A stretch of 42,809 nt of DNA from Clostridia bacterium (lineage in GTDB: Bacteria > Bacillota > Clostridia > Christensenellales > UBA1242). Position numbers and translations under genes: made by a program. The DNA is taken from positions 1 to 42,809 of the forward strand of contig JAFQUU010000009.1 in NCBI GenBank assembly GCA_017408305.1, in the 5' to 3' direction. Under the pieces are notes generated by a model. It was not told the DNA's origin. It made no database searches and worked only from the letters and a program-made list of their open reading frames with translations. Positions 10,175 to 19,461 of the stretch are shown here, piece by piece (the first letter of the stretch is position 1; each line of letters starts with the position of its first letter).

Positions 10175-10654
10175 ATGTTAAAAAAGAAAACGAAAATAAT
10201 TATTCTTTCTGCAATGGTACTGCTACTAGGGATTACTGGTTATCTTAATATCACCCTCAACAATCAAACCATTTCAACTGGTGCAAACCAAACAACCACA
10301 TCAACCTATAACTATTTTGACTCTTATAGGACAGACCGTTCTGCAACTCGCGACCAAGAAATTTTGTATTACACAGCAATTATGCAAGATGAGTCTTCTT
10401 CAGCAGATGACAAGGCCAAAGCACAAGAAAAAAAACTTGCACTTATTGATGAAATGGAAAATGAACTTGCACTTGAATACCTTATAAAAGGTCTTGGCTT
10501 TAGTGATGCAATCGTAACAACATCTTCAAGTTATATCAATGTGATTGTAAAATCAAGCGAACTTAATTCTTCAGAAGTTGCAAAAATTGTGTCAGTTGTT
10601 ACTGAAAACACAGACTTTACCCTTTCTGCAATCAAAGTGATTCCTGTTGTATAA
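10175..10654 (+). CDS. spoIIIAH: Stage III sporulation protein AH
   Basis: 159 aa with an N-terminal TM helix. Last gene of the operon and followed by a terminator. Confidence 0.7.
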   Translation: MLKKKTKIIILSAMVLLLGITGYLNITLNNQTISTGANQTTTSTYNYFDSYRTDRSATRDQEILYYTAIMQDESSSADDKAKAQEKKLALIDEMENELALEYLIKGLGFSDAIVTTSSSYINVIVKSSELNSSEVAKIVSVVTENTDFTLSAIKVIPVV

Positions 10655-10660
10655 AAACTT

Positions 10661-10688
10661 TCTGCTTTTAAAAGCAGATTTTTATTTT
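10661..10688 (+). terminator. spoIIIA operon terminator
   Basis: Perfect palindrome TCTGCTTTTAAAAGCAGA (10661-10678) followed by TTTTTATTTT. Confidence 0.75.
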
Positions 10689-10704
10689 ACTTTTTAAAAT
10701 TTTG

Positions 10705-10713
10705 TGTTATAAT
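10705..10713 (+). promoter_or_regulatory. Extended -10 promoter element (TGtTATAAT) upstream of asp23-nusB-xseAB
   Basis: TGTTATAAT lies about 34 nt upstream of the asp23 ATG. The -35 is poor (TTTTAC). Confidence 0.45.
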
Positions 10714-10746
10714 ACAAAAAGTTAATCAAAAAGGGGATTAAAATTT

Positions 10747-11130
10747 ATGGACAAAGAATTTGCTGGTGGTGGAAAACTCACCTGTAATAAAACAATACTT
10801 TATTCAATTGTCAGCCTTGCAACCAAGGAAATCAGTGGTGTTGTTGGCTTAAGCCATAAAACCGACAATGTTTTTGCAAAGGCACTTCAAAAAAAGGATT
10901 TTAATGGCATAAAAATCCAAACAAATGCTGCAGGGCAACTTATGATTGATGTTTTTATTGATGTATATAACGATATTTCAGCACCAGACCTTTGCTTTAA
11001 GGTGCAAGAAAACATCCGTAACAGCATTATTGGCATGGTTGATGTAAAACCAGAGCGCGTTAATGTCCACATTGTTGATGTGCATATAAAACCAGAAGGA
11101 GAGGTGATGATTGATGAGAACGGAGTCTAG
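10747..11130 (+). CDS. Asp23/Gls24-family alkaline shock protein
   Basis: 127 aa. The layout (ILYSIVSLATKEISGVVGL ... ERVNVHIVDV) is typical of Asp23, and it sits at the usual position upstream of nusB in Firmicutes. Confidence 0.8.
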   Translation: MDKEFAGGGKLTCNKTILYSIVSLATKEISGVVGLSHKTDNVFAKALQKKDFNGIKIQTNAAGQLMIDVFIDVYNDISAPDLCFKVQENIRNSIIGMVDVKPERVNVHIVDVHIKPEGEVMIDENGV

Positions 11131-11494
11131 GGTTTTTGCATTTAAAATAATCTTTTCAACACTTTTTGAAAGTGATGCAGAAGAAGCAAAATTAAACTTT
11201 GATGAGAATTTAAATTTTTCTAAAAATGATAAAACTTTTGCTGACAGCATTTTGGCAGAGTTTACAAACAATAAACTTGCCCTTGAAGAAGAATTAACAA
11301 CACTTCTTGAAAACTATGAACTAGACAGGATTTACAAGGTTGACCTTGCTCTTATTTATCTTGGTATGACAGAAATTAAGTACATAAAAACCCCAAAACC
11401 TGTTGTAATAAATGAAGTGGTGGAGATTGCCAAAAAGTATTCCACAGAAAATTCTTCAAAATTTGTGCATGGCATTTTGGCCAAAATTGAGTAA
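11111..11494 (+). CDS. nusB: Transcription antitermination factor NusB
   Basis: 127 aa. RxxAFxxIF N-terminus and KFVHGILAKI C-terminus. Lies upstream of xseA. Confidence 0.85.
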   Translation: MMRTESRVFAFKIIFSTLFESDAEEAKLNFDENLNFSKNDKTFADSILAEFTNNKLALEEELTTLLENYELDRIYKVDLALIYLGMTEIKYIKTPKPVVINEVVEIAKKYSTENSSKFVHGILAKIE

Positions 11495-11496
11495 AA

Positions 11497-12600
11497 ATGG
11501 AACAAACAATAACAGTCAGCCAACTTGCTTGGTATATCAAAAAGATTTTTGAAGCAGAAGAACTTTTATACAATATTTCAGTTGTGGGTGAAGTGTCTGG
11601 TCTTAAAATTGTGCGTGGCATTGCGTACTTTGACCTTAAGGACGCTTCTTCTTTAATATCTTGCGTTTGTTTTGATGGGTACCTTCTTGAAAATACAAAA
11701 AGTGGCGACAAGATTGTTGCAACTGGTACGCCAGGGTTTTATGTTAAAGGTGGCAAACTTAATTTTAATGTTTCAAAAGTCAAACCCTTTGGTGTGGGTG
11801 AACTTTATCAAGCGTTTATAGACCTTAAAAACAAACTTTATAACGAAGGCTTGTTTGATGAAAGTTTTAAAAAATCCGTGCCACAAAATTGTGAAAAAAT
11901 TGCAGTGATTACCAGCGAAACAGGTGCAGTGCTTCACGATATTATTAATGTTGCAACAAGAAGAAATCCTGCCATCAATATTGTGCTTTATCCTGCAAAA
12001 GTGCAAGGCGAGGGAAGTGCCGAAAGCATCATAAAAGCCCTTGATTTCTTTGAAGAAAAAGGGGGGATTGATGCTGTGATTATTGCAAGAGGTGGTGGCA
12101 GTATGGAAGACCTTTGGGAGTTTAACAGCGAAGCCCTTGCAAGAAGAATTTTTGATTTTCCACTTCCTGTGGTTTCTGCAGTTGGCCACGAAACAGACGT
12201 TACTATTTGTGATTTTGTTGCCGACAAGCGTGCACCAACGCCAAGTGCTGCAGCAGAACTTGTGGTGGAAAACAAGGCAGAAAAAATCCATGGCTTTGAA
12301 AGGCAAGTTATGATTTTAAAATCAAGGCTTGAAAACATTATTATTGAAGAAGAAAACCTAGTTTGTCAATCAGCCCAAACACTTTCATATCTGATTGAAA
12401 GTAAAGTAAAATCGCTGGGTCATAGCCTTGAACTTGCCACAGAGAAACTTGAAAAATTTAACCCAAACAAAATTTTGGCAATGGGTTATGCAAAGATTGA
12501 AGGGGATAATGGCGTAATCACAAGTATTAACCAGACCGAATCAGGCGATAAAGTTAAAATCCACCTAAAAGATGGCGCAGTTACAGGAGAGATATTATGA
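11497..12600 (+). CDS. xseA: Exodeoxyribonuclease VII large subunit
   Basis: 367 aa. OB-fold N-terminus, ARGGGSMEDLWEFN motif, GHETD. Confidence 0.9.
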   Translation: MEQTITVSQLAWYIKKIFEAEELLYNISVVGEVSGLKIVRGIAYFDLKDASSLISCVCFDGYLLENTKSGDKIVATGTPGFYVKGGKLNFNVSKVKPFGVGELYQAFIDLKNKLYNEGLFDESFKKSVPQNCEKIAVITSETGAVLHDIINVATRRNPAINIVLYPAKVQGEGSAESIIKALDFFEEKGGIDAVIIARGGGSMEDLWEFNSEALARRIFDFPLPVVSAVGHETDVTICDFVADKRAPTPSAAAELVVENKAEKIHGFERQVMILKSRLENIIIEEENLVCQSAQTLSYLIESKVKSLGHSLELATEKLEKFNPNKILAMGYAKIEGDNGVITSINQTESGDKVKIHLKDGAVTGEIL

Positions 12601-12815
12601 ACCAAAAAGAATTATCATTTGAAGAAGCATCAAAAAAACTTGATAAAATCATTGAAAAACTTGAAAATGGAGACTTAAGCCTTGATGAAAGTGTAAAACT
12701 TTTTGAAGAGGCAAAAGAACTTGTTGCCATTTGCCAAAAACACTTTATGCTTGCAAAAGGCAAACTGTCTGTTATTAGAGATGGTTTTGAAGATGTTTTA
12801 AAAGAATTTGACTGA
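12597..12815 (+). CDS. xseB: Exodeoxyribonuclease VII small subunit
   Basis: 72 aa. SFEEASKKLDKIIEKLENGDLSLDESVKLFEEA is typical XseB. Start overlaps the xseA stop. Confidence 0.85.
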   Translation: MNQKELSFEEASKKLDKIIEKLENGDLSLDESVKLFEEAKELVAICQKHFMLAKGKLSVIRDGFEDVLKEFD

Positions 12816-12822
12816 AAACAGG

Positions 12823-12851
12823 TTGACTTTTTGTGAAAAACTAGATATAAT
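12823..12851 (+). promoter_or_regulatory. SigA-type promoter P1 (TTGACT-17-TATAAT)
   Basis: TTGACT 12823-12828, exact 17-nt spacer, TATAAT 12846-12851. Reads toward rplM. Confidence 0.5.
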
Positions 12852-12957
12852 AACTATTGATAAGACTAATTACGAGTTTTGTATAATTACATTTCATCGG
12901 TCGTCTTATCTTTTTTTCGTCTTTTTCTATTGCAAGAAGAATTTTTAAAAATATCTC

Positions 12958-12986
12958 TTGACAAAATTGAAATATATTATTATAAT
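12958..12986 (+). promoter_or_regulatory. SigA-type promoter P2 for rplM-rpsI (perfect TTGACA-17-TATAAT)
   Basis: TTGACA 12958-12963, 17-nt spacer, TATAAT 12981-12986. About 100-nt leader to the rplM ATG. Confidence 0.65.
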
Positions 12987-13087
12987 AATCAAAGTCTATA
13001 GAAGTTGTTTTGTGAATTAGCCCCTTGCAAACACCAGGTGGACAAAAAAACGGGAAAACCGAAGAAAGAAAAAAGTAGGAGAAAATA

Positions 13088-13531
13088 ATGAAAACATATA
13101 TGGCAAAACCAGCAGATGTTGTTCGCAATTGGCATTTAATTGATGCAACCAATATGCCTCTTGGCCGTTTGGCAACTGCTGTAACTGACCTTTTGTCTGG
13201 CAAACTTAAACCAACTTACACACCACATGTGGATTCTGGCGATTTTGTGGTTGTAATCAACACAGACAAAATGGTTTTAACAGGAAACAAACTTAAAGAT
13301 AAGTATTATCGTCATCACAGTGGTTACGCTGGTGGACTTAAAGAAATGGATTACAAAACACTTATGCAAACAAATTCACCAAAAGCACTTCAAGTTGCAG
13401 TAAAAGGTATGCTTCGCAAAAACGCACTTGGCAGAAAACAAATCACACGCCTTTTTGCTTACAAAGATGAAAACCACAACCAACAAGCACAAAAGCCAGT
13501 GGCTTATGCAGTAAAAGGAGTTAGAGAATAA
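13088..13531 (+). CDS. rplM: 50S ribosomal protein L13
   Basis: 147 aa. [21 protein letters not shown]-terminus. GGAG RBS. Confidence 0.95.
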   Translation: MKTYMAKPADVVRNWHLIDATNMPLGRLATAVTDLLSGKLKPTYTPHVDSGDFVVVINTDKMVLTGNKLKDKYYRHHSGYAGGLKEMDYKTLMQTNSPKALQVAVKGMLRKNALGRKQITRLFAYKDENHNQQAQKPVAYAVKGVRE

Positions 13532-13956
13532 TGGCAGAAGAAAAGAAAACACCTAAAAAATCAACCAAAGTTCAAATTTTGGCAACAGGAAGAAGAAAAA
13601 AAGCTATTGCAAGAGTTTTCATGGCTCCAAACGGCAAGGGCGAAATCATCATCAACAGAAAACACATTGATGAATATTTTCCACTTGACACACTTAAACT
13701 TGTTGCACGCCAACCACTTACACTTACAGGAACTCAAGACAAATTTGACATCAAAGTAAACGTTATTGGTGGTGGCCTTTCTGGTCAAGCAGGAGCAATT
13801 TGCCACGGCATTGCTCGTGCACTTGTAAAAGCAGATGAAAACCTTAAACCAGAACTTAAAAAAGCAGGTTTCTTAACCCGTGATGCAAGAATGAAAGAGC
13901 GTAAAAAATACGGTCTTAAAAAAGCCCGCAAAGCTCCACAATTCTCAAAGCGTTAA
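13531..13956 (+). CDS. rpsI: 30S ribosomal protein S9
   Basis: 141 aa. [19 protein letters not shown] and C-terminal [12 protein letters not shown]. Confidence 0.95.
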   Translation: MAEEKKTPKKSTKVQILATGRRKKAIARVFMAPNGKGEIIINRKHIDEYFPLDTLKLVARQPLTLTGTQDKFDIKVNVIGGGLSGQAGAICHGIARALVKADENLKPELKKAGFLTRDARMKERKKYGLKKARKAPQFSKR

Positions 13957-13964
13957 AACTTTCA

Positions 13965-13990
13965 AACACCACTTTTGTGGTGTTTTTTTT
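13965..13990 (+). terminator. rplM-rpsI terminator
   Basis: AACACCAC-TTTT-GTGGTGTT followed by a T run. Confidence 0.8.
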
Positions 13991-13991
13991 A

Positions 13992-14019
13992 CAAAAAAAC
14001 AAAGGCAAAGAGCCTTTGT
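13992..14019 (-). terminator. Terminator of the nucleoside phosphorylase gene
   Basis: ACAAAGGC (13999-14006) / GCCTTTGT (14012-14019). The A run on + gives a T run on the - strand. Overlaps the stop codon. Confidence 0.65.
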
Positions 14020-14795
14020 TAAAATTTTTTATCAAGTTCCACTGCACATTCAAAAGCAAGTGGAATTATTTTTTTCTTTTCATCAAATGTTTCTGTGCTT
14101 GAGATTAACGACCTTGGGTCATATTCCTCGCCTCCCAAATTATCTGCCCCATAAAAAATTTGTGCAAAGTTTTTGCCCCTAAATTGACAAAGTGCGTTAA
14201 CTGCAGAGCACTCCATATCAACAACAATCGCTCCTTGATTTTTGCGTTTTTCCAGTTTGTTTTTGGTTTCCCTAAAGATTGCATCGGTTGTCCATGTTTT
14301 GCCTTTGCGATAAGAAATTTTGTCGCGTTTTAAGACCTTTTCAATAACTTTTATAGGTTCTTTGGCAAGCACTGTTTCATCACTAGGTGGGGCATAGTGA
14401 TAACTTGTGCCTTCATCACGAAGTGCAGAAGTGGGGAGAATAATTGAATATTCTTCAATATCTTTTTCAAGGCAACCACAGCATCCAACAAGAAGAAGGT
14501 TTTCCACCCCAAAAGCAAAAAGTTCTTCTAAGTTGCCTACACATGCACTTGCACCCATTGCAGATTGAAAAACTGCAATATCTCTTCCTTCTACAGTGAT
14601 TTTATAAACTGGAAAAATTGCTGTTGCGTTTGAAATATTTGCAATAATTTCGGGCCTAAGGTTGTCGGCAATTTCCTTCATTAAAGACTTTGAAAAAAAC
14701 GAAACGCAAGTTTTTGGCATACTTGTCATTTTTTTGTTTCGTGTAGTAGGGTCAATAATCGCATTTTTTTCGCTGTCGAATTCTTCTAATAACAT
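14019..14795 (-). CDS. Nucleoside phosphorylase (PNP/UDP family 1)
   Basis: 258 aa. Blocks GVENLLLVGCCG, RDEGTSYHY and VVDMECSAV resemble uridine/purine nucleoside phosphorylases. Confidence 0.7.
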   Translation of the reverse strand: MLLEEFDSEKNAIIDPTTRNKKMTSMPKTCVSFFSKSLMKEIADNLRPEIIANISNATAIFPVYKITVEGRDIAVFQSAMGASACVGNLEELFAFGVENLLLVGCCGCLEKDIEEYSIILPTSALRDEGTSYHYAPPSDETVLAKEPIKVIEKVLKRDKISYRKGKTWTTDAIFRETKNKLEKRKNQGAIVVDMECSAVNALCQFRGKNFAQIFYGADNLGGEEYDPRSLISSTETFDEKKKIIPLAFECAVELDKKF

Positions 14796-14867
14796 TATGT
14801 ACCTCTTTTAATGAGTATAGCACATCGCAAATGTTTTTGTCATTTCTTTATAACTTTATTTTCTTGC

Positions 14868-14896
14868 TTGACATAATTTTAAAAAACTGGTACAAT
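14868..14896 (+). promoter_or_regulatory. Promoter TTGACA-17-TACAAT (TG-extended) directly abutting the ruvX ATG
   Basis: TTGACA 14868-14873, TGgTACAAT ending at 14896. Only 6 nt separate it from the ATG at 14903, and there is no Shine-Dalgarno. Confidence 0.55.
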
Positions 14897-14902
14897 TTAA
14901 CT

Positions 14903-15325
14903 ATGCAATATAAGCGAGTTTTGGCCATAGATTATGGCGATGTAAGAATAGGGCTTGCACAGTCTGACCTAATGCAACTGATTGCCAGTCCACTTGAAGT
15001 GATTCCAAATAAAAGCATGGAAGAGTCTGCCAAAACGATTTCGGGCATTATTGCAAACAACGATGTGGAAACTGTTGTCATGGGTCTTCCTCTTAATATG
15101 GATGGCACAGAGGGAGTGAGGGCAGAGGTAACGCGTAGATTTGCTGAAGTTTTGTCTAAACTTACTTCTGCAAAGATTGTTTTTCAAGATGAAAGATTGT
15201 CTTCTGTTGAGGCTGAGGACATTTTGATTGAAGCAAATGTAAGACGCGAAAAACGAAAGAAAATTATTGACAAAGTTGCCGCATGTTTGATACTTGAAAG
15301 CTATTTAAGTAGAAAGGAGAGATAA
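14903..15325 (+). CDS. ruvX: Holliday-junction resolvase-like RNase RuvX (YqgF)
   Basis: 140 aa from ATG 14903. VLAIDYGDVRIGLAQSD N-terminus is typical YqgF. The track start at 14831 adds an atypical hydrophobic extension. Confidence 0.85.
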   Translation: MQYKRVLAIDYGDVRIGLAQSDLMQLIASPLEVIPNKSMEESAKTISGIIANNDVETVVMGLPLNMDGTEGVRAEVTRRFAEVLSKLTSAKIVFQDERLSSVEAEDILIEANVRREKRKKIIDKVAACLILESYLSRKER

Positions 15326-15661
15326 ATGAAAAAAGAAGAAAACCAAACCGAAAACCTTGATGTGCTTGACATACTTTTGGATGAAGAAAATGAAAGCCCA
15401 ATCACACTTTATGATGAAAACGACAAGGCAATACAGTTTGACCAAGTTGCAATTATCCCTATGGAAGAAAAATTGTTTGCAATTTTAAAGCCAATTGATG
15501 AAATGGAAGGCGTTTCTGACGATGAAGCCATTGTGTTTAGGGTTGATGAAAAAGAAAGTGGAGAGAACGACCTTGTTATCGAAACTGACGAAGCCCTTGC
15601 AATGCGTGTTTTTGATGAGTTCTATAGACTTCTTGATGAAATTGAGGAAAACCAAAAATAA
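15326..15661 (+). CDS. DUF1292-family protein
   Basis: 111-aa acidic protein. ITLYDENDKAIQFDQVAIIP...LFAILKPID pattern, with the usual ruvX-DUF1292 adjacency. Confidence 0.7.
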   Translation: MKKEENQTENLDVLDILLDEENESPITLYDENDKAIQFDQVAIIPMEEKLFAILKPIDEMEGVSDDEAIVFRVDEKESGENDLVIETDEALAMRVFDEFYRLLDEIEENQK

Positions 15662-15667
15662 AATGAG

Positions 15668-15696
15668 CATACCAGAAATTCTGGTATGTTTTTTTA
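15668..15696 (+). terminator. Rho-independent terminator
   Basis: CATACCAG-AAATT-CTGGTATG followed by T7. Confidence 0.8.
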
Positions 15697-15738
15697 TAAA
15701 ATTATTCTTTTTCACATAGGCGTTTCATAAAATATAGC

Positions 15739-16008
15739 GTGGCAAGTATTTTTAATTTTTTTTCTGAACTAAAGGAGAAATGTGGCATAAAACTTGAGCA
15801 GATTACTCCTTATAATATTGTCAATATTGGTGGACAAATTGTGTATATCGAAGGGCATAAGGGCTTGTTAAAACTGTCAAGTGAAACCATTTCCTTAAAA
15901 TTAAAGTCTGGACTAGTGGAAGTTAAGGGCAATAATATGTTTTTGAAGGAACTTAGTGAAAACACAATCTTGATTCAAGGCAAAATTTATAAAATCGAGG
16001 TGTTTTAA
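15739..16008 (+). CDS. yqfC: Sporulation protein YqfC (YabP family)
   Basis: 89 aa, GTG start. YabP-like beta-rich pattern (VYIEGHKGLLKLSSETISLKL...ILIQGKIYKIEV). Lies upstream of yqfD. Confidence 0.75.
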   Translation: MASIFNFFSELKEKCGIKLEQITPYNIVNIGGQIVYIEGHKGLLKLSSETISLKLKSGLVEVKGNNMFLKELSENTILIQGKIYKIEVF

Positions 16009-17111
16009 TGCATCTTAAATTTTTAATTAGTTTTAAAATTAAAGCCCTAAACCAATCACAAATTTTTGAAAAATTAAGGCTTAAAGGCGTAGAGGTATAT
16101 GATGTAAAACTCCTTAGCCGTTTTGATACAACATTCTCTGCAAGAAGGCAAGACAAAAAAATTGTGGAAGAAGTGCTTGCAAGTTTTCAAGCAGAAACCT
16201 TAAGTTTAAAACCCCAAAACCTATCAAAAATTAAGTTTTTTTTATGTAACAAAATAGGGATTGTGGTAGGTCTACTCATGGCATTTGCACTGCAAATTAC
16301 AAGCAGTTTTTTTGTCTTGCAAGTAAGTGTTAATGGTGCAAGTTGTGCAGGTGAAATTAGGGAATTTATAGAAAATCGTGGCATCAAAGCATTTTGCCCA
16401 AAAACAAATATTAATACATCAAACCTTGAATTAGATATTATAGAAAACTTTCCCGAGATTAGTATGGCAAGTGTGATAGTGAAGGGACTCACAGTTGTTG
16501 TAAATGTTAAGGAAAAAGAAAGTTTTGAAGTTTTAGGGCAAAGTGATATCATTGCAGATTTTAATGGTAGAATTAAGGAGATAACCACTATTTCGGGTGT
16601 GGCAAATGTGAAAGCAGGAGATATCGTAAGGTGTGGTGATATTTTGGTGAGTGCAAGAAACGAGAATGCCGAAAACGGCGTTGTGGCAAAAGCCAAAATT
16701 GTTGCAGAAGTGTGGTACGAAACCACAAACACACATATTGAAACAAAAACACAAAGAGTGAGAACGGGCAAAATAATTGAACAAAGGAAAGTGATGGCGT
16801 TTGGTGCAGAAATTTTTAGTTCTAATAAAAAAATTGATTTTTTAGATTATGAGATTGAAGAAAATACAGTCAAAATCAACAGTATCTTGCCTCTTGAAGT
16901 AGAGTACTGCACCTATTATGAAACCAAAAGTCAAACCACCACCCAAAGGTATGAAGATGTTAAAGAAGAGATTGTGGCAAACCTTAAGGAAAATACATTG
17001 CAAAAAATTGCAAAGGATGATATAATACTCAAGGAAAATGTGCTTGAAAACTTTGAAGCAGGCGTTACAACAACAACCTATGTAGTTGTGGCAGAAAAAC
17101 ACATTTTCTAG
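16008..17111 (+). CDS. yqfD: Sporulation protein YqfD
   Basis: 367 aa with a central TM helix. Layout and synteny (yqfC-yqfD-ybeY-era-recO) match Bacillus/Clostridium. Confidence 0.8.
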   Translation: MHLKFLISFKIKALNQSQIFEKLRLKGVEVYDVKLLSRFDTTFSARRQDKKIVEEVLASFQAETLSLKPQNLSKIKFFLCNKIGIVVGLLMAFALQITSSFFVLQVSVNGASCAGEIREFIENRGIKAFCPKTNINTSNLELDIIENFPEISMASVIVKGLTVVVNVKEKESFEVLGQSDIIADFNGRIKEITTISGVANVKAGDIVRCGDILVSARNENAENGVVAKAKIVAEVWYETTNTHIETKTQRVRTGKIIEQRKVMAFGAEIFSSNKKIDFLDYEIEENTVKINSILPLEVEYCTYYETKSQTTTQRYEDVKEEIVANLKENTLQKIAKDDIILKENVLENFEAGVTTTTYVVVAEKHIF

Positions 17112-17119
17112 GAGCAAAA

Positions 17120-17608
17120 ATGAAAATTTACTTTCAAAATTTTGGATTTTGTACATTTAAAAGCAAAATCAAAAAAATATATATATCGGCCCTTGAAACA
17201 CTAGGGCTTGACTTTAAGGGGTTTTCTGTAAATCTTAGATTTACCGATAAAACTGAAATCCAGGCTTTAAATAAATCTTTTAGAAAGATTGACAAAGTAA
17301 CAGATGTTTTGTCTTTTCCAAACCTTGATTTTGTGAAAGGAAAAGGCATTGATTCAAAAGTTCTTGCACAAAATATTTCGCCTGATGATGGACTAGTCCC
17401 ACTTGGCGATATTGCAATTTGTAAAGAAATTGCTTGTTTACAGGCAACCGAGTATCGCCATTCTTTTAAAAGAGAAGTTTGCTTTTTGGCACTTCATGGT
17501 TTCTTGCACTTACTTGGGTTTGACCATATGACGAAAGAAGATGAAGAAGAAATGCAAGAAATTGCAAATGAAATTCTTTTAAAACAAAAGGTGGGAAGAA
17601 ATGTTTAA
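17120..17608 (+). CDS. ybeY: rRNA maturation endoribonuclease YbeY
   Basis: 162 aa. HGFLHLLGFDH zinc motif. Confidence 0.9.
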   Translation: MKIYFQNFGFCTFKSKIKKIYISALETLGLDFKGFSVNLRFTDKTEIQALNKSFRKIDKVTDVLSFPNLDFVKGKGIDSKVLAQNISPDDGLVPLGDIAICKEIACLQATEYRHSFKREVCFLALHGFLHLLGFDHMTKEDEEEMQEIANEILLKQKVGRNV

Positions 17609-18476
17609 AACAGGTTATGTTGGTATAGTTGGCAAAACAAATGTAGGCAAAAGCACACTTGTAAACGCACTTGTGGGCGAAAAGGTTTCTATTGTAACAC
17701 CAAAAACGCAAACAACAAGGCAAAATATCACTGGTATTTTGACAAGAGAAAACTATCAAATTGTGTTTGTTGACACCCCTGGCATTCATAAATCTCAAAA
17801 CAACCTTGACAGATTTATGATGAAAAATGTTAGAAGTGCAATAGGTAGTGTGGATATACTTGTTTATGTTGTAGATTGCACAAAAAAACTTGATAAGCAT
17901 GAACTTGAAAACATCACAAAATATGCTTTAGATGAAAGTCTTCAAACAATTTTGGTTGTTTCTAAAATAGACCTTATTTCAAAAAATGCCCTTTTAAGTT
18001 TTCTTGCAAATTTTACTGAAATTAAAGGCTTAAAAGCAATTTTGCCACTTTCGGCAAGGAGGGGACTAAATACCAAGGAATTAATTACTGAAATTCTTAA
18101 ACTTTTGCCTGAAAGTGAAGAGAAAAACTTCGTTTATGAAGATGATTTATATACCGACAGCAGTGTAAGGTTTATGTCTGCAGAAATTGTAAGGGAAAAG
18201 GCCCTTTTAAAACTTAATGAAGAATTGCCACACGGCCTTGCGATAGAAATAACAAAGTTTGACGAAACGGACACGATTGCATATATTGATATGGATTTAA
18301 TATGCGAAAAAGAAAACCATAAAAGTATAATACTTGGCAAGCGTGGGGAGATGCTAAAAGAAATCGGCACTCTTGCAAGGGTTGACATTGAAAACCTTTT
18401 GGGCAAAAAAATTATGCTAAAAATTTTTGTAAAAGTTGATAAAAATTGGCGACAAAAGAAAATTAGTATGGTATAA
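17601..18476 (+). CDS. era: GTPase Era
   Basis: 291 aa. GKTNVGKST, DTPG, SKID, C-terminal KH domain. Confidence 0.95.
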   Translation: MFKTGYVGIVGKTNVGKSTLVNALVGEKVSIVTPKTQTTRQNITGILTRENYQIVFVDTPGIHKSQNNLDRFMMKNVRSAIGSVDILVYVVDCTKKLDKHELENITKYALDESLQTILVVSKIDLISKNALLSFLANFTEIKGLKAILPLSARRGLNTKELITEILKLLPESEEKNFVYEDDLYTDSSVRFMSAEIVREKALLKLNEELPHGLAIEITKFDETDTIAYIDMDLICEKENHKSIILGKRGEMLKEIGTLARVDIENLLGKKIMLKIFVKVDKNWRQKKISMV

Positions 18477-18514
18477 TAAAAGTGTATTAGAATATGATAA
18501 TTACGGAGGAAATT

Positions 18515-18712
18515 ATGGAAAGAGAAGAACTTGATGGTGTAAGTTTTGTTGACCTTGTTGATGAATGCCATAAACGCAGTCCTGATGATAAACGCTTTTC
18601 AACACTTCGTAAAGGCCTGCTTTTTGTGCCTGACACCGTTATTGACAAAGAAATCTTGGGATGTAGAGATTTTGAATACGGCAAAGAAGATGAATTTGAA
18701 CCAACATTGTAA
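18515..18712 (+). CDS. Small acidic hypothetical protein (in the era-recO gap, the yqzL position)
   Basis: ATG 18515 follows a GGAGG at correct spacing. 65 aa. No recognisable motif. Confidence 0.4.
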   Translation: MEREELDGVSFVDLVDECHKRSPDDKRFSTLRKGLLFVPDTVIDKEILGCRDFEYGKEDEFEPTL

Positions 18713-18715
18713 TTT

Positions 18716-19420
18716 ATGGAAAAAAAACTTACAGGAATTGTTGTCAGCCTAAAACCGTATGGTGCTGACTTTATGATAACTCTTATTACTGCAGAAGAAG
18801 GTCTTGTTAATGTGCTTGTTGAAAACGAGCCTAACTTTTTTAAATTTGCCAAAGAACTTTTAACATTTGGATATTTTACAGTTAAAGTCAAGGGCAGTTT
18901 TTTTTGCGTACTTCAAAAATGTGAGGTTATTGATACATTTTTAAAGATAAAAAACTCTAGCATAAAATTTACAGAAGCAAAAAACCTTTGTGGTGTGGTG
19001 AAGGAGGTTGCACAACTTAACGATAAAGACACGCCACTTTTTATGGAGTTTTGCGAAAGTTTAAAGGCTCTTAATTATAAAGATTTGCCTAGTAATCTTG
19101 TTTTAACTAAATTCTTAAGCACAATATTTGTTGGATTTTCAAAGTCCTTAGACTTTAAAACTTGCGATGTTTGTGGACAAGCACTAAAAAACTTTTATTT
19201 TTTAAATTTTTCAAATTGCACTTTTGTTTGCCAAAATTGTCAGGAAAAACTTTCAAGACCATTATCCAAACAAACTCTTGCAGCACTTAAGCAGGTTATT
19301 GCAACAAACTATGATGATATAGAAACCTTAATTAATTTAAGTTATAAAAACCTACTTGTCTTCTTAATTGAAATCTTTAAATTTAAGGTTGGTGAAAGGT
19401 TTAAATTCTACTCCGAGTAG
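18716..19420 (+). CDS. recO: DNA repair protein RecO
   Basis: 234 aa. OB-fold N-terminus, Cys4 zinc finger CDVCGQ...CQNC. Synteny after era. Confidence 0.85.
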   Translation: MEKKLTGIVVSLKPYGADFMITLITAEEGLVNVLVENEPNFFKFAKELLTFGYFTVKVKGSFFCVLQKCEVIDTFLKIKNSSIKFTEAKNLCGVVKEVAQLNDKDTPLFMEFCESLKALNYKDLPSNLVLTKFLSTIFVGFSKSLDFKTCDVCGQALKNFYFLNFSNCTFVCQNCQEKLSRPLSKQTLAALKQVIATNYDDIETLINLSYKNLLVFLIEIFKFKVGERFKFYSE

Positions 19421-19430
19421 AATTTTTTTA
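19403..19430 (+). terminator. recO terminator
   Basis: 10-bp arms AAATTCTACT-CCG-AGTAGAATT(T) overlapping the recO stop, running into T7. Confidence 0.65.
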
Positions 19431-19461
19431 TATAATTCTACTGTGAGTAGAGTTGTTCTGC

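Noticed and set aside
12841-13203. 120-aa - strand ORF spanning the rplM promoter region and the 5' end of rplM.
   Set aside because: It overlaps the L13 start and two consensus promoters, has no RBS and an implausible composition. The region is better explained as the rplM leader.
14831-14902. N-terminal extensions offered by the ORF track for ruvX. The same occurs for spoIIIAB (6837-6920), serS (30613-30714), recA (41431-41490) and the RHH gene (23132-23197).
   Set aside because: In each case a downstream start gives the conserved family N-terminus. Most also have a good SD, and ruvX has a promoter-proximal leaderless geometry instead. The extensions are hydrophobic or low-complexity and overlap promoters or neighbouring genes.
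19403-19451. Two copies of a TTCTACT-N3-AGTAGA(A) palindrome 29 bp apart upstream of the rny promoter (possible operator pair).
   Set aside because: The first copy overlaps the recO stop and runs into a T7 tract, so it is most simply the recO terminator. The second is a shorter, imperfect copy. There is no evidence for a regulator, so only the terminator is kept as a feature.
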